The position numbers were made by a program, and so were the translations under genes. The notes under the pieces were generated by a model. That model did not search any database. It saw nothing but the letters and a program-made list of their open reading frames with translations, and was not told where the DNA came from. A stretch of DNA of 60,599 bases, the filler included, from Sphacelaria rigidula (Eukaryota), in assembly GCA_964200075.2 (NCBI GenBank). It is 4 parts of 4 records of this genome, joined end to end, with 100 filler letters (N's around TTAATTAATTAA, not from the genome) between each part and the next. Parts side by side here need not be neighbours in the genome. Positions count along the whole stretch, not along the records: positions 45,530 to 60,599 come from CAXNAA020001919.1; 3 more parts are not named here. The stretch is one strand, 5' to 3'. Shown here one piece after another: positions 51,268-60,599 of this stretch. Positions within the stretch are counted from its first letter, which is position 1; each line of letters opens with the position of its first letter.

Positions 51268-51625
51268 ACGTTACATAATCAGATAATGCGACGACGTTCA
51301 AACATAGGACGGGCCAAAAATCATCAGCGTCACGTACATGGTAACGTCACGCGTTACATGACACGTTACAACGCCTAAAACGCTGGTAAATGGACCACGA
51401 CATGCGCAGAATGAAAAGTTACATCTGAACTTTACACGTGTCAATGAAACGTTACATTAGACGTTATACGTGATATTGAAACGTTTCATATTACGTCACA
51501 TGCAACGAAACGTAATGCTAAATCTTTTGAACGTGCCGAACGAAACGTGAACGTAACGTCAATTTTTCAAATGAATTGTTAACGTAACGTTGGTTTTTGT
51601 CACGTGTCAAACGAAACGTAAAGTG
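51268..51625. repeat. Second, rearranged copy of the ACGT-rich element
   Basis: GGTAACGTCACGCGTTACATGACACGTTACAA and ACACGTGTCAATGAAACGTTA are shared with 25350-25590, followed by sequence resembling ~24970-25080. Confidence 0.8.
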
Positions 51626-52729
51626 ACACACGCGACCCAAAGGAAGATCCCGGTATAACTCAGCACCCTCGCACATAATACAGTACCGTACAGTCAGCAG
51701 GAAGTTTTTGTTTGAATTTGACGGTTACAGAACAAGGGAGCACTTGCCCGCACGGTCAAAGTTATGGTCAATTAGTACAGTGCGCTACAGTACAGTACAG
51801 TACCGCTACTGACAGTCAGTCGTGAGTATACACGAGCATGTGTTTTAATAAATAGCCGTTTCATTCAGACCCGCGGCCGAAGGGTAAATCCGAAGGCAGC
51901 GAAACGTCGTCGGTTTTGGGCTGCAAAGACAGCGAACATTCGTCATTTTTTAGCTGCTCACGTACGGGTGGGCCGTGGGCGGTAAAGGCATCGCTCTTTG
52001 TGTGCGTACCGTCCAAAATACAGGAAAAGGAACATTCACTCAAGGTACTTCCCTATTTTCGAGAGGCGGGGGTGGGCTGGGTACCGGCCTGAAATTGATG
52101 AAGTCCCTTGAATGTATTGGATTTGATAGATTCATCACGCAGTAATCAATCTGCTATGAACCCAGCTATGGTCACAAGACGGCCGTAATGACCCGGATAG
52201 AAAACACGACCCAGAGGAAAGAGAATTCAAACCTTTGAATACAGAGAAGGATCGGGAAGAAACAAACGGCAAATGAAAGGCAAATTCAAAACCAGGAGAA
52301 AAAATTGAAAATATATAAAGGGCAGCGGAGACACCCAAAATAACACTCGATTAAATATACAAGCCAAGTAGGACGAGGCAGTATATGAAGTGAGACCGAT
52401 AGAGCCATACATGAAAAAAAATCCCAGGGTGTGCGTCGTCACGCCCCCCCCCCCCCCCCCCCCCCCCACCCCTCACCNNNNNNNNNNCCGACAAGACCAA
52501 AAAAAAAAAAAAACCCCCGGGGGGGGGCCGCCCCCCCCCCCCCCCCCCCCCCCGCAAGGCTATCCTAGGGAGTGTTGAGGTGTGTAATGCGCATTTTGCC
52601 GTATGCGTCAAAAGATTTCATCACGGACGAACTACAAAAGCATCTCCCATAGGTCCACACTTCATTGCAGCAAGCTGCCCCACGATCGGCAGCGTGATCC
52701 TTGATGCGTCCAAGCATCAAGTATGATGA

Positions 52730-53410
52730 GCGCCGGTTGATGGAGGCGTTCTCCAACTCGCTCAGCAAGATCGTGGTGAACGTGAACGCGTCGAAAGTCA
52801 TACCCGTGAGGCTAGCAAAATACTTTGGAAGCTTTGAGTGGTGCTGCTCGTGCACGTTCAGGTTCGCCCCGGGCAACTGCCGGCAACTACTGAGCCCGAC
52901 GTACTTCCTGCAGCACTCCTCGTAGTGATTTCCCTCGTGAAGTCCATCGGGTTCGAGAAAAAACCCGCCATTCGAACCGGAGTATGGGTGGGGTTCGCCA
53001 ACCCTCGACTCTCGCCAAAAGTTGAATGAGATGCCATAGCCGTGCATCACGCCGTCGTCGTTCGTCCCACCTCCCCCCGAATCCGCGGACAAAGCGATTT
53101 GCAGGGCCTTCACAGAATATTCGGCCACCCCACACCCTACTCAAGCTCGGATGAGGCGCTCTGCGGTGATCAAACACACGACCAAACACGGGAGTGGCGA
53201 TCAGCGAACGCAGCAGTATCACACGTAATGATATTGCTGGTCGAACCCAACATACCCCGGAGTCCGAGCCCGCCCCGATTACAGCGTCAACAACAACAAA
53301 TCCGCGGGAACGTAAAGCGCGAAGAAAATATCGAAAATAAACAATTTTGGAAAGTAAGAGGGGCGAGGAAGGAGGTGTAAATAGGATGTACACAAGGCGT
53401 CAGAATTACC
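52730..53410 (-). pseudogene. KDZ (Kyakuja-Dileera-Zisupton)-type transposase relic
   Basis: PCVHPIYTSF...LFSIFSSRFTFPR then (frameshift) FVVVD, followed by FLEPDGLHEGNHYEECCRKY...LPGANLNVHEQHHSKL...SLTGMTFDAFTF...LEN. This fits the CxH / YD / DxxHxxxH / NxxxxEQ motif series of KDZ-type transposases. Confidence 0.6.
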
Positions 53411-53917
53411 GCCCGGCTCGCGAAGGGCGGAAGCGCTCGGTTACTGAACGTTGTAATACATGCAAGAGAAGTACTACTCCCATAGAGTAAAAGGCGCTGT
53501 CGTCCCACCTGCATAGCGATAACGCTCGTCGTTCCGTCCACCTTCAGCCCAAAGACCATCCGCGATACACTCAACTTTCAACTGGAAATTTCAGTTTAAA
53601 AATCGCGCCGGGGGGGAGGGGGGGGAAGGGCGGCGAGGGGTATATATCATCAGATAAATAGCTTTAGAATATCAGGACCAAGCTTCGTAGGTAAAGAAAT
53701 ACATATACCATCAGCGATAAATTATCCGCATGAGGCAAACTGCTTGCATCAACACCACAGAGACTCCAGGCAACCCTCTACCGTAAAAAGGATAGCCAAA
53801 CTAGAGAGAAAAGTGCCGGTCGTTACAAACCCAACACGACATAGTAGTAGCAGTATATCTCATTATTAATTCATTGACCATAGAGCTCTATTCAATCAAA
53901 GCATTGTTTTTGTAATA

Positions 53918-54288
53918 CCGTCGCCCAGGTGGCTCAGTTAGTAACCTGAAACCATAGGATGGTTGGGTCGTGGGTTCGAATCTCGGTGCAGTCACACGAT
54001 CTGGGATTTTTTTCTCACACAATGCCCAACAGTGGAGAGCGACTATGTTTTGGGTACACGAAATTCCACCTCACGGTCGACGAGGGAAAGGGACCGCTGA
54101 ACCCCTCTCTCGATAAACAAATAAGGCACGCACCGCAGAAGGAAGGTGGAGAACTAAAACAAACAAAAACGAGAAAACTCGTTTGTTGGCCTTCCTTCTG
54201 TGTGATCCCGGCTGGTGCGCCCACATATACCGAAAGGTGTAGATAGGTAGGTATCTAGAATAGATGGGACGACAACACACACAACACA
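53918..54288 (+). mobile_element. tRNA-derived SINE, copy 2 (most complete)
   Basis: A-box TGGCTCAGTTAG, B-box GGTTCGAATC (53973-53982), CA-rich tail ACAACACACACAACACA. Confidence 0.85.
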
Positions 54289-55379
54289 TTTGTGAACTAG
54301 GCTTCGCTAGGGGTGGAGCACTTACGGGTCCCGAAGAAGAATGTTGTCGTACCCTGCTTCTGGATCTCTCTCTTGCCATTTAGGCCAGAATGCGGCCGTG
54401 ACCAATTGTAGGCAAGAAGAACAACTGAACGAGCCCGTACGGGAGTACCGGCAACGTTCAACCAGGGTTCATCCGGTGGCTCTGCTATTCCGTGCCCTTT
54501 CTACTGGAGAACCCGTTGTCTAGGTTGCCGAAGATTCAATTTCGCAGGTTTGAACGTTTCGAGTCCGCTCATGCATGCCACTGGCGGGCCCCGTTCCTGA
54601 GACTGCTTCCCGGCTTACATGTGTATTCTGGTGTTCATTACTCTCATACATATATGGTCTCCACATCATCCCCTCTTTTGACGCGCCTCAAGTCTCTCCA
54701 TTCGAGGCGCTGGGGTGACCATTCGTGGAGAGAATGATATCAAGGTGGATTCCTCGCTGTATGTGTGTCATGATATTATACTGTTCTGTGTGTGAACGCG
54801 TCATATCCTCTGTACTGTCGTGTTGAGTAAACACAAGACGGTAAATTGTATCGACGTTGGTACCCGGGTCCATTTGATCAGCATATTGTGTCGGAGGTTC
54901 GTGACTTGTTCACATGATCGCGGCACCTGTAAAATCTGTGTGATGAGTACTGATTTTGATGCCCCCACAGGTGCTGATTTATGGGCGACTCAGTGGGAAA
55001 CAGGATGTTTTCGCATGGGAATGGGCTGTCGTCCCGCGTTTTGCTTGGGCACCGAACCCGTGGTAACCACCGTATGATATGGTAATACTTGCGTCTGGCT
55101 GGGGAAGACAAATATCGAAAACCAAAGGAGAACGGTGGGTGTATGTGTATGTCTGGAGCGGTATACTCCAAGACTAGAAAATTTCCACGGCTTTTTTCCC
55201 CAGCGATACCCCTATTTTGCTGGTAAGAGCTCAGACCTTTAGGCCGAGTCTATCTTCACCGCTTATGTTTTTGCGGTCGCATTGACCATGGCACCAGTTT
55301 TCTTTTGTCCTGACTTTACACCTAACGCGTGTGCATGTAGCGGAAAATTTTCTACAAGTGCACGTTTCCGGTGCTTGTT

Positions 55380-57440
55380 CTACACGGGAAACTTTCTTTT
55401 TTCCTCATGAACAGAGTCACTGGCCCGTTTTCTCTTTCTCGTGTTATGGGACAGCGAGTCTGGTAAACGCGCGCTATTAAGTTCTTTCTTGATTCTGTAC
55501 GCGTCTATGAGATGTTGACATCGGGGAACCTCATCCGCACTATACTCTAGGTCAGCTGATGGACCGTAGCCTTTGAGTCTGAGGCGGTATTTATAGCTGA
55601 GGTCGCTTTTCCGCCCTAGGCCTCGTTTATGTTCCACCACCTTGTCAACGATGTAGCATTTGATTTTCGGTTATGCTACATCTGGGCGGTCAACCTCTGG
55701 AAGAGACAGTCTTTTCCCCATGTAAAAGTCGGCAAGTCGAAAAAAATCGGGCGCCGTTGCTTTCACCTGTGGGTAGTACTTTTTCCAGTGAGCCAAGTGC
55801 CCCGACGTTTGTTTCGCGTCGTTGCCCAACTTTACTTTGTATACTAGTGGCGATACTTTGGAAAAGATTACTTCATTCGCACGCGTGGTTGCCTAACTGT
55901 CGTGTTTGACTGAACTGCGCATTGCCAGCATAACGTGTAGATTTGAGTGTATCCGCTTTGAAACTGCGTTGCTTTAAGGTCTGAACGGATTCGTGCGGGT
56001 ATTTTCAGTTTGTAGCAGCGTCTGTAGCTGGTAGATCACTCGATTCTTCAACTCCTTGCCTTGATCAGAGTCAAATTTTCCGGAATGATGAATGTTGTTG
56101 AAACTCTGTAAATTAGCACCTGTCCCGACGTAATGACCGGCGTTTCTAGAATCGGGATAAAAAGTGCATAGCGTCGTCTTATGATCCATCACGGAGATGG
56201 TGTAGTTACAAGCTACTCCAGCTGAGGATTTCGTTCCGTACACACACTTGTCGATGACTCCTTGTATCCTTGGGTTGGCCATGTAGGGCGGTCTGTCGAC
56301 TGGTTGTGTAACCGGTTGGAGTGGACATTTAGCTTCATTTATTGTTCAGCATCCTAACTCCTGCCGTAAAAACAAAAAGATTGTCCGGTATTTAGTACAC
56401 AGATCGAGGGCTTGGTCTCCATGCTCCCGAGAAAAATGTGCGGTTTGTAGAGGCATTTTGAACGCCTTTTCCAACTCTTGAGCTTTTTGTTTTTCGGCGG
56501 CTGCGCTGCTTGTGTTTATCGTCTTCACCGTTCGGACCTCTGATGCAAGGATAATGTACCCTAACAGAGTGCTTCGCTCAGTACGGGCGTGCCTGCTAGA
56601 CGGATTGGTACGTGGACCGTGGCTGCCTTATTCACCGTTGACCATGTACAAATTGCGTGCCACAGTCAGACGTTTGAAACTGATGGTACGTCCAACGGTT
56701 GAATGTCCTGTTCGTTGACTATGCGTGGCTCAACTAAAGCACTGATTGTCACTTCAAGAGATTCATCCGAGTCGGCATGTTGGGTCATGTTGCGCCGCAG
56801 TTTCTCCGCTGACAACGAAACATGCGCCATGTCCCCTGCGCGTAGAGTTGCTTGGCCCGTTCCGTCTCTTGTGTGTAGCTTTGATACTTACATTAGAATT
56901 TCGGAACGATCATGTCTGAGCTTCTCAGGCTGAAATTAAAATGTCTCCAAATGCTCCCATCAGTGAAATATCGATCAGCATGTAGTCGGGGCCCAGATCT
57001 CGTCAAACAAACGCTTCAACGGGCAGGGTTTTTTTTCCCCAACGTGAGGTCGAAACGAATGAAACTGACTATTGTTGATGGGTGAGTTGTTCGCGCTCTT
57101 AAGTTTCAAAGATCTACTTGGAACTGGTTTGATGTCCGCCGTGCTCAGAGTGCGGTGCGAACGAATGAACTTCAGGCTGATGATAAAGAGGTCTGAAATG
57201 GATCTTTCGTCAGTGCCTGCACAGCACTATCGTTCCGAAGCCGGATGTATCGTTTCAGGTCTCTTCGGCTACCGCGCTAACGACAACATGTGGAAAATGG
57301 AATGCTTCGAGGTGTTGACAGTTACGGTGTTTTGCACTGATATTAAATGACGATTGAGCTATGGAAGCTGCTTGCGGAACACTCTCCAAGTACGAAGACT
57401 GGCTACGCTGCACCATTTTTCGACTTGGGTTGCTCACTTT
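55380..57440 (-). mobile_element. Heavily deleted chromovirus-type Ty3/gypsy element
   Basis: Protease-like LPVEAFV..LGPDYMLID (~57000), RT entry PVDRPPYMANPRIQGVIDKCV (~56280) and chromodomain YIVDKVVEH...YKYRLRLKGYGPSADLEY (55500-55655). Confidence 0.75.
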
Positions 57441-57475
57441 GAGTTTCTGCTTGATTCTATCATGCACTTTTGCTA

Positions 57476-58066
57476 CGAGCTGGGCCAGCTTAAAAGCGGC
57501 TAAAACTTACTCACACCACAGTTTCCCCCGTTTCCCGAATGAACCCGATGTAAGAATATCACTGAGGTGTAGACCAACCTGGTAACACGCGGCACCACCG
57601 CTGAACGGAGAAAAAAAAAAAAAAGTGTACTGCATAGTGTATGACCTCAACGACGGACGAAAAAAAAGAGAAACTGTCGGGATTCCGACTCATGACCTCC
57701 ATAATTGGAGTCTCCCATCACTTGATTTATAGGGGTACAGCAGCGTCACGGAAAATGTTGAACGCACGGCCCAATTCGACGACTCTCGAGCTGAAATTTC
57801 AGGTAGAACACTTGCACCCAAGGAACTGGTACTTCACGTGAGCAGCTGCAGATTCTCTTTTTTTTCCTGGATTTATGACATTATCTTGTTTTTGCTGGAA
57901 TTTTAAATGCCCTTAACTCTTTTTTTCTTCTCTTCTTTGTTGCTGACGTGATCTTCTGCATTTCGATCATAACAAGCTGCTGTCAAAATTTCAGCGTCCA
58001 ACCCCCAATATCACGACGTGCGTCGCCCGAGCGAGATTCACATCTACTCTTGGCTGGCCCAGCTCG
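57476..58066 (+). mobile_element. Tc1/mariner-like MITE family A, copy 3 (intact ends)
   Basis: TA|CGAGCTGGGCCAGC ... GCTGGCCCAGCTCG|TA: perfect 14-bp TIR and TA TSD. Confidence 0.9.
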
Positions 58067-58220
58067 TACCTCTTTGTGAGATTTCGCCTAGGATCCCACT
58101 GAAGGGATTACTTTATGGTAAGCAAATCACCCTGCTCGGTGTTGAATGATAGTTGTTCCAGTTGAAGATGCAGATCTATCCAAGTGCTACATCTAAATAG
58201 AGTGCGACCGAATAACCTTT

Positions 58221-59894
58221 CCACACCCTGGACAATAAAATATGTGTTCAATATATATTAGTCGATCATATTGGAATTTTGCGATATATTTCCGGCGCAA
58301 TATATATATTGGTACCCTTGGACTGCACACGTACGGCGCGCCCAATTTATATTGATGTCGTGGGACTGTATACATATTGCCCGCCCAATATATGTTGGTA
58401 CCATGGGGTTGAACATATATTGTCCCATCAATATATATTGGGGCAGTGTGGGCGACGGCATGTTGCACGACCAATATATATTAGGGTCGCATTGGTGACA
58501 ACATGTTGACGGGTCAACATATATTGGGTCTGCGTGCGTGCCAATGTATTGGCTGGTCAATATATATATCGGATATTTTAAGTATGGTGTACACCCTAAG
58601 AAAGATCCAGACACGGTGGATGCCGGAGCCCGTGGAGATCGGGAAAAGCTTCGAAGGAAGCCGCAGAAGTTCGCGTGCATTGCTTCGAAGAGTTTTCGTT
58701 TGATACATTTATATATGTATATACTAGTCAGAAAACATGGTAGCAGAAGAGACGACCCGGTATGTATGCCCTCTGATACCTATCTGGCCACCGGTACGGG
58801 GCCACCCGTCCCCTTCACAGCATGTAATATATCTTGACTGAACATCACGATGACAGAAAACGCGGGTCTATACGCGTCTTTTGATACCCCTGTGGTCACC
58901 GGTGCTGTGTTGCCTTGGTCAAAAAAAATATGTTCCATTATGATACCAATACTTTGAATTGGAGACAGCGCATATATTGTCCTTTCAATATATATTGTGT
59001 TAAGATGTCCTCGGAGACATTGAAGCAACAACATACATGTTTCATGATCGTGAAGTGATGCATGGCAATGTACATTGGACATGCATTTACTCCGGGAACA
59101 AAATATTCAATTTATATTGTGCATGCCGGCCGTGCATGTATTGAAGTGCCAATATATTTGGAGCCGGAGCGATGCGGAACAAATTGTTACCATAATATAT
59201 ATTGAACGCAAACCATGCAAAAGTATTGTTATTCCAATATATATTGCGCACGCTCATCGCGTAGCTAGTATGCAGACAATTTGTATATATATATTCAACA
59301 CGCTCGCGGAGGAATATATTGAGCGTTTTCGGCATGTGGTGATACATCTTTCAATGGAGCCCGCGAACACAGAACTGCTCATGATACTAATTCCAATATA
59401 TTTTCCTATCTACACGTTGAAAATCAATATATATATATATATATATTGCTACACCAATATGCATTGTGACCGTCCGTTCCTTCCTGACTTGTCCGCCCCA
59501 TATATATTGGACGCATTGACGCGCGACATATTGGGGCGGCAACACATGTTGGCGCGCTCCGGGTGTTGAGTATATTGAATAACCAATATATATATATATA
59601 TTGACCTCGTGTGGCAGCCAATATATTATTCGACGAATATATATTAGTGCCTTACCGTTCCAATCGGTTACTTGGCCAATATATATATATATATTGAGGT
59701 GGCGCGTGTTGTGATATACTGTTCGGTCGATATATGTTGTATGTCGCAAGACTTGACATATTGAGAGCACAATATATATTGACTCTCTGTCGTGTCATCA
59801 TATTGCTCACCCAATATATATTGACCACCCGACGCGTCGACATGTTGAGCTGGCAATATTGTAAACATTACATGTCGTATTGTCTATGGTGTGG
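58221..59894. repeat. IR-bounded element with regularly interspaced short palindromic repeat arrays (42-43-bp period)
   Basis: Outer IR CCACACCCTGGACAATA / TATTGTCTATGGTGTGG (15/17). Units are CAATATATATTG-N17/18-CATATTG-N6 with non-repeating spacers, in blocks 58249-58570 and 58971-59861. Confidence 0.85.
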
Positions 59895-59998
59895 ATGTTT
59901 TTGAGGGAGTATGGGCAGTTCCGATTAGCAATCAAAAGCCACTGCTTATAAAATTGTCGTTTATTCTGGCGGCAGGTTGAATATGTGTCACCGTGGGA

Positions 59999-60324
59999 TG
60001 TAACGTGACCGATCCCTTGGGGTACCGCGAAAAATGCAACATGATACTCGTATGAGTCTCAACAAGTTGAGCTTTGAGACGCTAGCAGGTTGCTAGTACT
60101 GCAGCGTCTAAATGCTATTGAGGGACTCCCCATTTCCACTGGCCTCAAGGTCTCAGTTGTCAGCCTTCACAGCACCTTATCTTTATTCGGAGTAAACACC
60201 TGCAGGCCCGTATCATTAGGCCTGGGCTACACAGCAAGGGTCATCATCCACAGGATGTCCTTGTCCCCTGGTCTTCATCCAGGATCCACTATATACTCAA
60301 CCGTGACGGCATGATTTCGCCACA
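59999..60324 (-). mobile_element. 3' LTR of a chromovirus-type gypsy element
   Basis: Minus strand TGTGGCG...CGTTACA, preceded by a short G-run (PPT-like). TATATA (~60291) and AATAAA (~60185) lie in the expected order. Confidence 0.7.
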
Positions 60325-60403
60325 GCACCCCCAAAGCGCGTTGGACGAGAATCGATCAACAAGCTTGACACTCAGAAAACTCACGCCAAAACGATTGAGC
60401 AAG

Positions 60404-60599
60404 TCACAACTGAATCCCAAACTCACGCGCAATGCGAGCAGCAATGGAACGAGTCACTCGCACCTTACGCAATTCCTTCTTGAGAAATTCCGGATCTGCC
60501 TCAAACATACTTTTAAAAGGCTCCCACATACGCTCCTCGACTTCAAAGCCTACCCAGTCGACCAATACGGTCAACGAACGATCCTCTGCCTCTGCCACG
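60404..60599 (-). mobile_element. Integrase C-terminal chromodomain of a chromovirus (truncated by window end)
   Basis: VLVDWVGFEVEERMWEPFKSMFEADPEFL is a chromodomain signature, with the stop ~80 bp before the LTR. Confidence 0.85.

Noticed and set aside
52443-52555. Poly-C/G tracts as G-quadruplex elements (also 11-38, 12709-12739, 31891-31957)
   Set aside because: Homopolymer runs next to gaps and low-quality sequence, so their lengths are unreliable.
53918-53990. tRNA gene
   Set aside because: A/B boxes are present but there is no complete cloverleaf or acceptor stem, and it is fused to a repeated body, so it is a SINE head.
54198-54272. HDV-like ribozyme in the SINE 3' end
   Set aside because: P1/P3-like pairings can be drawn, but the L3 and J4/2 consensus nucleotides are absent, pairings are not kept in all copies and a simple GNRA hairpin explains the conservation.
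54470-54620. RTE-LINE C-terminal relic (IFGNL on the minus strand)
   Set aside because: Only a few residues resemble the motif, with stops; insufficient support.
58249-59861. Formal CRISPR array call
   Set aside because: Repeats are short, degenerate and AT-only, the context is eukaryotic and no cas genes or leader are visible. Reported as an unusual array instead.

Overview
Eukaryotic, repeat-rich DNA with GT-AG introns. The transposon content and gene style suggest a brown alga/stramenopile (inference). The window is four ~15.07-kb contigs (1-15081, 15182-30255, 30356-45429, 45530-60599) joined by 100-bp N linkers containing TTAATTAATTAA, so adjacency across linkers means nothing. Two probable genes, both on the minus strand: a multi-exon CEP72/LRRC36-like gene (LRR + LRRcap, very long disordered linker, conserved C-terminal coiled coil; ~36981-44847) and an intronless 837-aa multi-pass membrane protein of unknown family (48238-50751). 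The rest is mostly mobile DNA: decayed Ty3/gypsy elements (two with chromodomains, one with a clear 3' LTR), a decayed DIRS/Ngaro tyrosine-recombinase retrotransposon, a KDZ-type transposase relic, a tRNA-headed SINE family and several MITE families (Tc1/mariner-like with an embedded tRNA-like unit, Sola2-like, PIF/Harbinger-like, long fold-backs). The most unusual structure is at 58221-59894. This inverted-repeat-bounded element holds regularly interspaced arrays of CAATATATATTG-N17/18-CATATTG-N6 units (42-43-bp period) in which motifs and spacing are conserved but every spacer is different.
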